From the NCBI GenBank assembly GCA_036269375.1, contig DATASE010000101.1:1915-65914 (forward strand): a stretch of DNA of 64,000 bases. The letters are read 5' to 3'. The notes beneath the pieces are model-generated. The model was not told the origin of the DNA. It worked only from the letters and a program-made list of their open reading frames with translations, and made no database searches. Position numbers and translations under genes: made by a program. This document shows, in pieces, positions 30,281 to 41,000 of the stretch; within the stretch, counting starts at the first letter, position 1, and each line of letters starts with the position of its first letter. The DNA comes from Solirubrobacteraceae bacterium. GTDB taxonomy: Bacteria > Actinomycetota > Thermoleophilia > Solirubrobacterales > Solirubrobacteraceae.

Positions 30281-31179
30281 GCTGTGGATGTCGGAGCGCC
30301 CGGTTGTCGCACGGGCATCAGGTAGCGAGCGTAGTTGGTGAACGGGCGGTAGCCGAGCCCCAGCCAGACCGGCGCGCCGAGGCCGGACGTCTGACAAAGC
30401 GACAGCCGTGCCCCCAGCTCGCGGTAGCTGAGCTCCAGCGCAGCCCACAGGCAGCTCTGGGCCAGGCCGCGGCGCTCCCCCGGCGCCCCGGAGCGCGGCA
30501 GCCGTTGCCCGGGCTTGGGCCGGCGCAGCGTCGCCGCCTGGCACCCGAGCGCGACTCCGTGAGTGACGTGGGTCATCGCCGCCGACAGCGGCTCGTCCTC
30601 GTAGTAGGCGACGAATGCCGCCACGTTGGGCACGTCGAGGCTATCGGGGTCGAAGAACACCTTGGCGGCGACCGCGCGGGGCATCGAGGCCATCCCCCAG
30701 GCGTCGGCGACGAGGCCTAGATAGTCCTCGCGCGCGCGTGAGGACTGCGCGCGCCTGATCTCGACGCCCTCGGGTGGCGGAAGGTAGTCGGGCAGCCGCT
30801 CCAGGAACAGCTCCGGCAGCCGCTCGAGCTCGTGCAGTCCCGCCTGCTGGGCGGTCTGCTCCAGGTCGGCGTCGCCGTGCTCACGCGCCCACAGCGCGTA
30901 TCCGCTGCGACGCTGGGCAAAGAAGCCGTCGGCGAGCCGGATGGCCTGCCGCGGCTCGAGCTCCGAGCTGAGGCGCAGCGCCCCGTTGCGATACGGATTG
31001 GGCTGGCGATGGGCGCCGGCGAACAGCAGCAGCCCGTCCTCCTCGGCGATCGCGCCGCCGAAGGCGGCCAGGTAGCGCAGGTACTCCGCCAGAGTCCGGT
31101 CGGCGAGATCCAGCAGGTCGCTGCGCTGGCTCAGCTGCACGGTGGCCGCGTCGTGCACCGCAGTCGCCTGCTCGCTCAT
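30277..31179 (-). CDS. GNAT-like acyltransferase
   Basis: C-terminal RRGLAQ and CQTSGLGAPVWLGLGY resemble GNAT motifs A and B; ATGA overlap with the dehydrogenase. Confidence 0.55.
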   Translation of the reverse strand: MSEQATAVHDAATVQLSQRSDLLDLADRTLAEYLRYLAAFGGAIAEEDGLLLFAGAHRQPNPYRNGALRLSSELEPRQAIRLADGFFAQRRSGYALWAREHGDADLEQTAQQAGLHELERLPELFLERLPDYLPPPEGVEIRRAQSSRAREDYLGLVADAWGMASMPRAVAAKVFFDPDSLDVPNVAAFVAYYEDEPLSAAMTHVTHGVALGCQAATLRRPKPGQRLPRSGAPGERRGLAQSCLWAALELSYRELGARLSLCQTSGLGAPVWLGLGYRPFTNYARYLMPVRQPGAPTSTA

Positions 31180-31343
31180 CGCCGTGAATCGTAGTCGATG
31201 ATCTCGGAGCGACTGGCCGTGAAGCGCCCAGGAAGTTCCGACTGGCCCCGCTTTTGGGGCGCTCGCGTTTGCGCTTGCCCTCAGAAAGACGCTCGCCGGC
31301 TCGGAGTGGAAGCGATGGCCGGCCGGCTGCGTTCATTAGCATT

Positions 31344-32273
31344 ATGCCCGTGCTTGAAGGAGCCAGTCCCGACGCGACCGTCGTGGAGGGAAAGCCGAGT
31401 CAGGCCCACCAGTCGGCCAAGAGGGAGTCGGATCGTCTACGCGAACCGCGGCCAGAGATCTGGTTTCGCCGACGGGTCGGCCTGGTCGCGGCGCTCAAGG
31501 AGTTCTGGGCCTTTCGCGAGCTGACCTTCACGCTCGCGGAGCGCGAACTGCGAGTGCGTTACAAGCAAGCGGTGCTGGGAGTGGCTTGGGCGGTGATCGG
31601 GCCGGTGGTGATGATGGTCGCATTTACCGTGCTGTTCAATCGCTTTGCCAAAGTTAACACCGGCGGCGCACCGTACGCGCTGTTCTCCTATCTGGGCCTG
31701 CTGCCGTGGACGTTCTTCTCCAACTCCGTGTCGAACGGTGGCTTGAGTCTTGTCAGTAACAACGAGCTTCTCAACAAGCTGTATTGCCCGCGCGAGGTGT
31801 TCCCGATTGCGGTGATCGCCGACTCGGTCGTGGATCTGGCGATCGCCGCATGTGTGCTCGCGTTGCTGTTCCCGATCACCGGCTTTGCGCCGAAGGTAGA
31901 GGCGTATTACCTACCCCTGTTCCTCGCGGTGATGTTGATCTTCACTCTAGGAGTGACCCTCGCCGTCTCGGCGGTGGTCGTGTACGCCCGCGATCTGCGC
32001 TTGGTGTTGCCGTTGGCCATTCAGGTCGGTCTGTTCGTCACACCGGTCGTCTACGGGACGGGCTCGATCTCGAGCTCGAAAGCTTTCTTGATCGCCTTCT
32101 CGGCGATCAATCCACTGGTGCCGGTGATCGACGGGATGCGTGCGACGATCTTGAACGGTCACGCCCCGGACTGGCTCTCGCTCGGCGTGGGCACGGTCGC
32201 CGCTCTGCTCTACCTGCTCGGCGGCTTCAAGCTCTTCAAGCGCCTGGAAACCGGGATGGCCGACATTGCGTGA
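31344..32273 (+). CDS. wzm: Polysaccharide ABC exporter permease (Wzm-like)
   Basis: RELRVRYKQAVLG.AW, GLLPWTFF, KLYCPRE, TPVVY, NPL..ID.MR, F..FKRLE..MADI. Confidence 0.93.
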   Translation: MPVLEGASPDATVVEGKPSQAHQSAKRESDRLREPRPEIWFRRRVGLVAALKEFWAFRELTFTLAERELRVRYKQAVLGVAWAVIGPVVMMVAFTVLFNRFAKVNTGGAPYALFSYLGLLPWTFFSNSVSNGGLSLVSNNELLNKLYCPREVFPIAVIADSVVDLAIAACVLALLFPITGFAPKVEAYYLPLFLAVMLIFTLGVTLAVSAVVVYARDLRLVLPLAIQVGLFVTPVVYGTGSISSSKAFLIAFSAINPLVPVIDGMRATILNGHAPDWLSLGVGTVAALLYLLGGFKLFKRLETGMADIA

Positions 32274-33462
32274 CGGGACCATCCTCGCCGAGGAGATCTG
32301 GAAGCGTTTCCGTCTGGACGAGCGTCCGACCTACCTGCAGGACCGGCTCGCGGTGACCCGCGACCGGTTGCGGGGTGAGAAGGGTGAGAGCTGGCGCTGG
32401 GCACTGCGCGACGTCGCCCTGCGCGCCGAGCCCGGCGAATCGTGGGCGCTCGTCGGCGCCAACGGTGCCGGCAAGTCCACGCTGCTGAAGATCATCTCCC
32501 GCGTCATGTACCAGACGGCGGGCAAGCTCGAGATGGCAGGTCGAGTGGGGGCGCTGATCGAAGTGCGCGCCGGCCTCACACCCCTGCTCACCGGCAGAGA
32601 GAACATTTTCCTGACAGGATCGATCATGGGTCTGCGCCGTCGCGAAGTCGCGCGCCGCTTCGACGAGATCGTCGAATTCGCCGAACTCGAGCGCGCCGTC
32701 GACCGCCAGGTCAAGTACTACTCCTCGGGGATGCAGATGCGGCTCGGGTTCTCCGTCGCCGCCCACCTGCAGCCGGACATCCTGCTCGTGGACGAGGTGC
32801 TGGCCGTCGGCGACGCCAGCTTTCAGCAACGCTGCCTGGATCAGATCCGCAAGGTGCTGAGCGACGGGACGACACTGCTGTTCGTCTCCCACGACCTCGC
32901 AGCGGTCGAGGCAAGTTGCTCGAACGGGATCTGGCTGCACAACGGCGAAGTGCGCACGATGGGCCCAATCCGCGACGTGCTGTCCGCCTACCGCGGTGCC
33001 GTCGAGGGCGACGCGAAGTCGCGCGCCGGGATCGAGGGTTTGATCAAGGTCACACAGGCGGAGGCCGTGTCCCCGGATGGGGGCCTTGCCAAGACCGGTG
33101 CGCAGCTGGACGTGAACATGACGCTGCACACCGACGAGCCCTATCGCGCCTGGATCTATCTCGGTGTCACCGAGGGTGCCGCGACGCCGATCTTCCTGCT
33201 GAACCCCGGGCGCGAGACGATCCTCGAGCCAGGTGAGACGCAGGTGCGCTGCTCGGTCCCATCGCTGCCCTTGCCTGCTGGCAAATACTACATTTGGTGT
33301 GGCGTCTATCGCAATTGGACGCAGGGCGAGGAGCTCATCGGCTGGCAACCGCTGACCGAGTTCGAGGTCTACGGCCCAGAGCTCGACGCCGCCCCGCGCG
33401 CGGTCGTTCGCCTCTCGCCACTGCACGTAGACGCCGGCTGGGAGATAGAGACCGCAGCCTGA
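32266..33462 (+). CDS. wzt: Polysaccharide ABC exporter ATPase with C-terminal Wzt_C-like domain
   Basis: GANGAGKSTL, LTGREN, YSSGMQMRLGF, DEVLAVGDASFQ, VSH. Confidence 0.93.
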   Translation: MRDGTILAEEIWKRFRLDERPTYLQDRLAVTRDRLRGEKGESWRWALRDVALRAEPGESWALVGANGAGKSTLLKIISRVMYQTAGKLEMAGRVGALIEVRAGLTPLLTGRENIFLTGSIMGLRRREVARRFDEIVEFAELERAVDRQVKYYSSGMQMRLGFSVAAHLQPDILLVDEVLAVGDASFQQRCLDQIRKVLSDGTTLLFVSHDLAAVEASCSNGIWLHNGEVRTMGPIRDVLSAYRGAVEGDAKSRAGIEGLIKVTQAEAVSPDGGLAKTGAQLDVNMTLHTDEPYRAWIYLGVTEGAATPIFLLNPGRETILEPGETQVRCSVPSLPLPAGKYYIWCGVYRNWTQGEELIGWQPLTEFEVYGPELDAAPRAVVRLSPLHVDAGWEIETAA

Positions 33463-33697
33463 AGGTGCGCTGTGACGCCGTAAGGCGCCACAGACCGGCC
33501 GAACCGACCGCGCGTCGGTCGGCAGCGCCAAACGAGATGGTCGATCGCCGGCCGAGGTGGGCCGCTCGGGCGGACGCGTTTGGCGGGCGGCTGGTGGGCA
33601 CCCGGGCTGGGCACCCAGGCGCGCGCCCCAGGCGCGCGCCGCTGCGAGGTGGACGCAGCCGATCAGTGCGGTCGGCGGACGCCGTCGGGCGCCGCGG

Positions 33698-36600
33698 TCA
33701 GCTAACTGGGCGCGAGCCGTTGCAGACGGACCCGTTCGACGCGCCGTTGGCATTGGCGCCCACCTCGACGGCGCTCGAGCCGTTTGACGAGTGCGCGACG
33801 CCGTTGTTTTCCGCCGATGTCCCGGTCTCGTCCTGGGGGCGGCTGCGCGCGGCGTCGCCCAGCTGTTGCAGCGCGCCCCGCACCTTCTCGGCGAGGGCGC
33901 GCACGTGGGGCTCCTGCATCATGCTGGCGTGGTCGATCTCCGGCACGACGACCTGATGTAGCCGTACGCGGGCGATCCCCTCCCAGGGGGTCGGCCGCTC
34001 GTCCGGTTCGCGTTGGGCCCGGAAGAAGTCGATCTGGATCTCGGTGGGGCGGGGCACGAACGCCTGTCGTGCGCGGCTGCTGGCGATCAGCACCAGGCGC
34101 CATGGTAGGCGCGGCAACGGGCTCGACGGGTCGCGCAGCGCAAGCACGTCGTAGGCCAAGGCACCGCTCTTCAGGTAAACGCTGTCGCTCAGGAGAGCGC
34201 GCAGGCCTCCCCAGCGTCGTCGCAGCCAGTGGGCCTTTCCGCTGGTCCCGCTGGCCATGAACTCCCTCATCTTGGTCCGCTCGAGCTCGAGTCGGCTCGG
34301 TCGTCTCGATGAGCCCGCCGGGTAGGAGTCGATCAGCGCGACCATCGCAAGTTCTTGGCCCTGCTCGCGGAGTTGGCGAGCCATCTCGTAGGCAATCAGT
34401 CCCGAGAAGCAGTATCCCCCGAGTAGGTACGGACCCTCGGGCTGGGCCTGGCGGATCTCGCTCACGTAGTGCGCTGCCAGCTCCTCGACGCTCGCCAGTG
34501 GCAGCCGATCGCGTTCGACCCCCGGTGCGCGCAGCCCGACGATCGGGGTGTCGACATCGAGATGCTCCACAAGCTGGCGGTAGCCGAGTACCTCGCCGCC
34601 GGCCCAACCGACCAGGAACAGAGGGCGCCCCTGGCCGGGTCGCATCGGCGTTACCGACGACCACCCCTCCAGGCGCTCGGACGGCTTGGGATCGTCGATC
34701 AGCGCCGCCAACCCCGCGATCGTCGCCGTCTGGAACAGGGCGGCGAGTGGGATTCGGGCGCCGAGTTGGCGCTCGATCTCCGAGAACAGCCGCACAGCCA
34801 GTAGCGAGTGGCCGCCAAGCGCGAAGAAGTTGTCATGGACGCCGAGCTCCTGTACGTCGAGCACCTGGCGCCAAATCTCCGCGAGCTGGCACTCGGCCTC
34901 GGTGCGTGGCGCCACCATCTCCTCAGAGGCGGCCGAGCGGTCGAATGCCGGCGTTGGTAGAGCGTCGAGGTCGACCTTCCCGTTGGGCGTCATCGGCAGC
35001 GAATCCACAACCGTCCAGGCCGAGGGGATCATGTAGGCAGGCAGTTGGGCCGCGATCAGCTCGCGCAACTCGTTGAATGCGGGTGGATCGGCAGGGTCCT
35101 TCGCCACGAGGTATGCGACAAGGTGCGAGTGGCCAGCGTCGTCCTGCCGATCGGTCACCGCCGTGGCCCGAACGTAGGGGTCGCGCTCGAGCACCGATTC
35201 GATCTCGCCGGGCTCGATCCGAAATCCGCGGATCTTGATCTGGCGGTCGGTGCGGCCGAGGAAGTCGATCGTACCGTCGGGTAGCCATCGAGCCAGATCG
35301 CCGGTGCGGTACAGCAGGGCGTCGGGCTCGTCGCTGAACGGGTCGGGCACGAATCGCTGCGCCGTCAGCTCGGGTCGATTCAGGTAGCCGCGCGCGACGG
35401 CCGTGCCTCCGACGCACAGTTCTCCGGGGATGCCGATCGCCTGCGGTTCGAGTGCCGTGTCGAGCACGTACACGCGCGTGTTTGCAAGCGGCCTGCCGAT
35501 CGGCACGAACCGGCCCGGAACGAGCTCCGAGTCGGCGCCGCCCTCGAACCAGGTGCTGTCGATCGTCGCCTCGGTAAGGCCGTAGGAGTTGATCAGGCGG
35601 GTCTCGGGTCCGCACAGCCCCTTGAAGAACGCGTACTTCTCGTTGCGCCAAGCCTCGCTTGAGACGACAACCAGCCGCATGAAATCCAAGCGCAGCGATT
35701 CGCGCTCGGCGTACTCGAACAGCAGCGACGCGCTGGCCGGCACGAACTCCGCCGCGTCGATCTTCTCCCGCAGCATGAGCGCGTAAAGCGCGGCCGGATC
35801 GACCACCACCTCCAGTGGGCACAGCACGAGCTTGGCGCCGGCCAGCAGCGAACGGATCATGTCGCCCGTGAACACGTCGAAGGAAAAGCTCGCGAGCTGG
35901 GCGTGCGCGGTCAGCTCGTGCAGCCGGTAGGCGTCCTCGTAGGCGAAGTGGGCGCTCAGCAGGCTCCGGTTGGCGATCCGCGCGCCCTTGGGCTGGCCGG
36001 TCGAACCGCTCGTGTAGATGACGTAGGCGAGGTCGTCCGGCCCGGCGCTGGTAGGGGGGTTCTCGGTAGGACGATCGGCGATCGTCGCGTCCTCGTCGAG
36101 CACCACCACGGCGCTGTCGTGCTCGGCGAGAGTGTCGAGGTGCTTGCGGTGGGTCAGTAGCACGCTCGGATTGGCGTCGGAGATCATCGACTCGAGGCGA
36201 TCCTGCGGATACATGGGGTCGAGCGGGATGTACGCGCCGCCGGCCTTGACTACCCCGAGCACTGCCGGCAGCAGGTCGATCGACTTCTCCATCAGGACCC
36301 CCACCAGGGTGCCGGGACCCACCTGCTCGTCGCACAGGCGCCAGGCGATCTGGTTTGCGCGCGCGTTCAACTCGGCGAAGCTCAGTCGTTGCTCGCCAAA
36401 GACAACCGCTGGCGCGTCGGGGGTGCGTGCCGCCTGCGCCTCGAACACCTCCTTGATCGACACAGGCTCTCGGCTCGACGCCGGCTCTTGACTTGACGAG
36501 GGGGTCGGCACCTGCGCCGGCTCGACCGCCGGGTTCCACGAGACGAGGACCTTGGCGCGCTCTCCCTCGGAGAGCATCGACAGGCGCGACAGGGGCCGTT

Positions 36601-38041
36601 CCGGGCTGGCCGCCGCGCTGTCGGCCAACGCTCGGAAATGCTCCATCATTCGCGTGATCGTGGAGGGCCTGAACAGCTCGGTGCTGTACTCCCAGGTGGT
36701 GTTCAAACCGGTCGTTCGCTCGCTCATGCCGAGCAGAACGTCGAACTTTGACCACCCCTTCTCGTGTGTGATCTCTGTGCAGCGCATCCCGTTTGGCTCG
36801 AACTTCGGCCGCTGGGTTTGCCATGCCGGGTTGTGCAGCACGATCATCGCTTGGAAGACCGGCGTCTGGCTGAGGTCGCGCTCGGGATTGGTGGCACGCA
36901 CCACCGTCTCGTAAGGAACGTCGGCGTGCGCGAAGGCTTCGAGTGTCGTGCGCCGCACGCGCTCGATCAACTCGAGGAAGCTAGGGTCGCCCGAGAGGTC
37001 GACTCGCAACGCCAGGGGGTTGATGAAGTAGCCGACCATCGACTCGAGCTCGGTGCGGTTGCGACCGGCGAACGGGGTGCCGATTACGACGTCTTGTTGG
37101 CCCGAGTAGCGCGCGAGGAGGGTGGCAAACAGCGACAAGAGCGAGACGAACAGCGTCGCGTCGCCGCGTTGAGCGGTAGTACGCAGTCCCTCACGGGCTG
37201 CCATGTCGAGCATCATGCTCATGTTCGAGCCGACGTAAGAGCGCACAGGCGGTCGGGAGAAGTCGGTGGGCAGGTCAAGCCGTGACGGCGCGCCGGCCAG
37301 ATTGCCCTTCCAGTACTCGAGCTGACCCGAGGCTGCCGATCCTTCGAGCCATCCGCGCTGCCAGACTGCGTAGTCGGCGTACTGGATCGGCAGCGGCGCC
37401 AGCGGGGAGGGACGATCGTCGGCGAAGGCTTCGTAGAGCGCGGTGAGGTCGCGATAGATCGCGGTCCGCGAGTAGCCGTCGGTGGCGACGTGGTGCATGT
37501 TGACCATCAGGATGTGGTCCTTCTGCGAGAGCTGGATGACCGTCACCCTCATGACCGGTCCCTCGACCAGGTCGAAGCGAAAACGCGACTCCTCCTTGAG
37601 GATTCGCTGTGCCTCGTCGTCGCGCTCGTCCGCCGGCGTGGCGCGCAGGTCGACGACGTTGAGCTCCACCGGCTGCACCGGGCCGACGTTCTGCGTCGGC
37701 TTGCCGTCGATCACCTGATAGGTGGTGCGCAGGATCTCGTGGCGCTCGGTGAGCGCTGCGAACGCGCGGGCGAGCACCTCCAGGTCGAGCGGTCCCTGCA
37801 GCTGGAAAGCGCCCGGCGCGTTGTAGGCGATCCCGTCATCGAACACCTGGCTGAGCAGCCACAGCAGCTCCTGTGCATAGGAGAGCGGCGCCGCCCCGTC
37901 GCCCTGGCGCGGCACGATCCGGCTCTCGCGGGCCGCCGCGGTGCGGCGGGCCATCAACCGCTGCTCGAGCAGCGCCCGCTGGGCGGGAGTGAGGTCGCCC
38001 AGGCTGAGGGTGCCCTCGAGCTTGGCGGCGCCCTCGCTCAC
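33698..38041 (-). CDS. NRPS termination module C-A-T-TE; A predicted Orn-like
   Basis: C motif HHVATDG; pocket DVGEVSSIDK; T motif LGGHSL; TE motif GYCFSG. Confidence 0.92.
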   Translation of the reverse strand: MSEGAAKLEGTLSLGDLTPAQRALLEQRLMARRTAAARESRIVPRQGDGAAPLSYAQELLWLLSQVFDDGIAYNAPGAFQLQGPLDLEVLARAFAALTERHEILRTTYQVIDGKPTQNVGPVQPVELNVVDLRATPADERDDEAQRILKEESRFRFDLVEGPVMRVTVIQLSQKDHILMVNMHHVATDGYSRTAIYRDLTALYEAFADDRPSPLAPLPIQYADYAVWQRGWLEGSAASGQLEYWKGNLAGAPSRLDLPTDFSRPPVRSYVGSNMSMMLDMAAREGLRTTAQRGDATLFVSLLSLFATLLARYSGQQDVVIGTPFAGRNRTELESMVGYFINPLALRVDLSGDPSFLELIERVRRTTLEAFAHADVPYETVVRATNPERDLSQTPVFQAMIVLHNPAWQTQRPKFEPNGMRCTEITHEKGWSKFDVLLGMSERTTGLNTTWEYSTELFRPSTITRMMEHFRALADSAAASPERPLSRLSMLSEGERAKVLVSWNPAVEPAQVPTPSSSQEPASSREPVSIKEVFEAQAARTPDAPAVVFGEQRLSFAELNARANQIAWRLCDEQVGPGTLVGVLMEKSIDLLPAVLGVVKAGGAYIPLDPMYPQDRLESMISDANPSVLLTHRKHLDTLAEHDSAVVVLDEDATIADRPTENPPTSAGPDDLAYVIYTSGSTGQPKGARIANRSLLSAHFAYEDAYRLHELTAHAQLASFSFDVFTGDMIRSLLAGAKLVLCPLEVVVDPAALYALMLREKIDAAEFVPASASLLFEYAERESLRLDFMRLVVVSSEAWRNEKYAFFKGLCGPETRLINSYGLTEATIDSTWFEGGADSELVPGRFVPIGRPLANTRVYVLDTALEPQAIGIPGELCVGGTAVARGYLNRPELTAQRFVPDPFSDEPDALLYRTGDLARWLPDGTIDFLGRTDRQIKIRGFRIEPGEIESVLERDPYVRATAVTDRQDDAGHSHLVAYLVAKDPADPPAFNELRELIAAQLPAYMIPSAWTVVDSLPMTPNGKVDLDALPTPAFDRSAASEEMVAPRTEAECQLAEIWRQVLDVQELGVHDNFFALGGHSLLAVRLFSEIERQLGARIPLAALFQTATIAGLAALIDDPKPSERLEGWSSVTPMRPGQGRPLFLVGWAGGEVLGYRQLVEHLDVDTPIVGLRAPGVERDRLPLASVEELAAHYVSEIRQAQPEGPYLLGGYCFSGLIAYEMARQLREQGQELAMVALIDSYPAGSSRRPSRLELERTKMREFMASGTSGKAHWLRRRWGGLRALLSDSVYLKSGALAYDVLALRDPSSPLPRLPWRLVLIASSRARQAFVPRPTEIQIDFFRAQREPDERPTPWEGIARVRLHQVVVPEIDHASMMQEPHVRALAEKVRGALQQLGDAARSRPQDETGTSAENNGVAHSSNGSSAVEVGANANGASNGSVCNGSRPVS

Positions 38042-41000
38042 AGCTCTTCCAGCTCGCTCAGCATGTCCTCGAGATCGCTCTCGCTCACCTCGCCAAGCAT
38101 CTGCCTGGTGACCGAAGCCGCGAGCTCTCGTATCGTGGGCCGCTCGAACACCCGCGCCAGCGGGAGCTCGAGGCCGAGCGTGTCGCGCACGCGTGCGACC
38201 ATCCGCACGGCCAGCATCGAGTGACCCCCCAGGCGAAAGAAATCGTCATCGATGCCAACCTTATCGATAGATAGAACTTCCCGCCAGATCGACGCCAGCG
38301 CCTCCTGCATCGGGCCCTCCGGCTCGGCATACGGGCGCTCGAGCTCGGGCCTGGCACCGTCGGGCGCCGGCAGCGCGGCGCGGTCGAGCTTGCCGTTGGG
38401 CGTGACGGGCAGCTCCGTTAGCTCCACGAAGATCGAGGGAACCATGAACGGCGGCAGGCTGCCGCGCAATGTGCGTCGCAGCTGCTCGTGCTCAACCGCC
38501 TGCCCCTCGGCTGCCACCACGTAAGCGACGAGCCTTCGGTCCCCAGGTGTGTCCTCGCGAACCGCCGCGACCGCCGCGGCGACGCTCGCGTGGGCGCTCA
38601 GCACCGCCTCGATCTCCTCGAGCTCGATGCGAAAGCCGCGCAGCTTGACCTGCTGGTCGATCCGTCCGAGGAACTCGAGCGTCGCGTCTGCGCGCCAGCG
38701 GACGAGGTCGCCGGTCCGGTACAGCCGCCCTGTTCCGCTCAGTGCGAACGGGTCTGCGACGAACCGTTCCGCCGTCAGCTCGGCTCGACCGTGATAGCCG
38801 CGAGCCACGCCGTCGCCGCCGATGTAGAGCTCCCCGGGAACGCCGATCGGCACCGGCTGACGACCCGTGTCCATGACATAGAAGCTGGTATTCGCAATCG
38901 GTCCTCCCAACGGAGTGGGCCCCTCGCCCGCCTGGGTGCCGAGCTGGAGGATCGAGGACCACACGGTCGTCTCTGTCGGGCCGTACATGTGCCACAGCGA
39001 ATGTCCCCGTTGCAGCAGCTGCTCGGCCAGTCCACGCGGCAGTGCCTCGCCCCCGCATACGATCTTCAGCTGCTCGGACCCCTTCCAGCCAGCGTCGACC
39101 AGCATCTGCCAGGTGGTCGGAGTGGCTTGGACGATCGTCGCTGAGGTACGCGCCAACCAGTCCGCGAGCTCCACGCCGTCGAGCGTCGCCTCGCGTGGCA
39201 CGATCGCCAGTCGCGCGCCGCTGGTGAGCGGCAGATGCCAATCGGGAACTGACAGGTCGAACGCGGGTGTGGTCAGGTTTGCCAGCACGTCGTTCTGCTC
39301 GATGCCCGGCCGCTCGCGCATCTGCTCCAGCAGGTTGGCCACCGACCGGTGGGAGATCTCGACTCCCTTCGGCTGTCCGGTCGAGCCGGAGGTGTAGATC
39401 ACGTAGGCGAGCGAGTCGGGACCCACCGCTAGCTCGAGTGCCAGGTCGGGCTGTGCATCCAGGCGGGGGCGGTCGCGGTCCATACAGAGGACTGTCGTGT
39501 TGCGCGGATCGATCAGACCGAGATGGCGCTCCTCGGTGACCAGCACCGATGCGCCGGCGTCGGCGACTATGAGCTCCTGGCGCTGCGGCGGGTAGGTCGG
39601 CTCGATCGGGACGTAGGCGGCTCCGGTTTGCAGCACCCCGAGCATCGCGACGAGCAGGTCGATCGATCGATCCAGGCAGAGCGCGACCAGGCCGCCCGGC
39701 TCGACTCCGAGGTCGCGCAACTCGCGGGCCAGCTGACTCGAGCGCCGTTGCAGAGACCCGTAGGAGATCCGCTCGTGCCCGTCCTGGACGGCTATCGCAT
39801 CGGGTCTGCGTGCAGCCTGGTCGGAGAACTGCTCGTGCAGCGCACGGCGATCGTACCCGCGTGCGGTGGCGTTCCATTCGATCAACATCTGCTTTCGCTC
39901 TGCCGGCGTCAGCAGCGGGAGCTCGGACAGACGCTGTTCGGGGTCGCGCGCAGCCGCGGCGAGCAGTGTCCGGTAGTGATCGATCAGGCGCTCGATCGTG
40001 CTCGCGTCGAACAGGTCGGAGGAGTACTCGAGTTGGGCTCGCAGTGATCCGTCGGTTTGCTCGCGTACGACGACAGAGAGGTCAAAGCGCGACCACTGCC
40101 AGCCCGGCACCGGCAGCTGATCGAGCTCGCAGCCGGCAAGCGTTGGCGGTGTCTGGGCGACGTCGAACCCGAACAGCACCTGGAAGATCGGTGTATGGCT
40201 CTGACTGCGCTCGGGGTTGAGCTCCTCGACAAGGCGCTCGAATGGCAGGTCTTGATGGGCGCGCGCCTGCAGCGTGCCTGCCTTGGCCCGTCCGAGCAAC
40301 TGCGCGACCGTCGGGTCGTCGGAGACGTCGGTACGCAACGCCAGCGTGTTGCTGAAGAACCCAAGCAGCGGCGCGATCTGCTCGTCCTGGCGCCCGGAGA
40401 CCGGTGTGCCGATCACAAGGTCGAGCGCTCCCGTGTAGCGGTGGACCAGGGCCTGGAACCCGGCTAGCAGCACCATGAACAGCGATGCGCTCTGGGCTCG
40501 CGCGAGCTCGCGCAGCGGCTCGGTCTCCTCTGCGCTGAGCGTGAACTCGCACAGTCTGCCGGCGTAGCTCTGCGTACTTGGCCGGGGCCGGTCGGTCGGG
40601 AGCTGCAAGCGCTCCGGCGCGCCTGCCAGTTGACCGCGCCAGTAGTCGAGCAGCTCCTGCAGGTATGGCCCGCTCAGCTGTTCGCGCTGAGAACGGGCGA
40701 AGTCGGCGTATTGGATCGGCAGTTGCGGCAGGGCGGGCTCGGTGCCGTCCCGTAGCGAGGTGTAGATCGCGTCCAGCTCGGCGAACAGCAGCGCTCCGGA
40801 GGCGTGATCGGAGGCCACGTGGTGAAAGACGACAAGCAGCAGATCCTCGCCGTCATCGATGTGGACGAGCCCCGCGCGCAGCATCACGTCGCCGGTGAGG
40901 TCAAAGCCGCGCGAGGCGAGCTCGGCGAGGGCCTGCTCGGCCTGCGCCTGGCGCTCGTCGCGCGGCAGCTCGCGCATGTCCACCACCGTCAGCTGCACCT

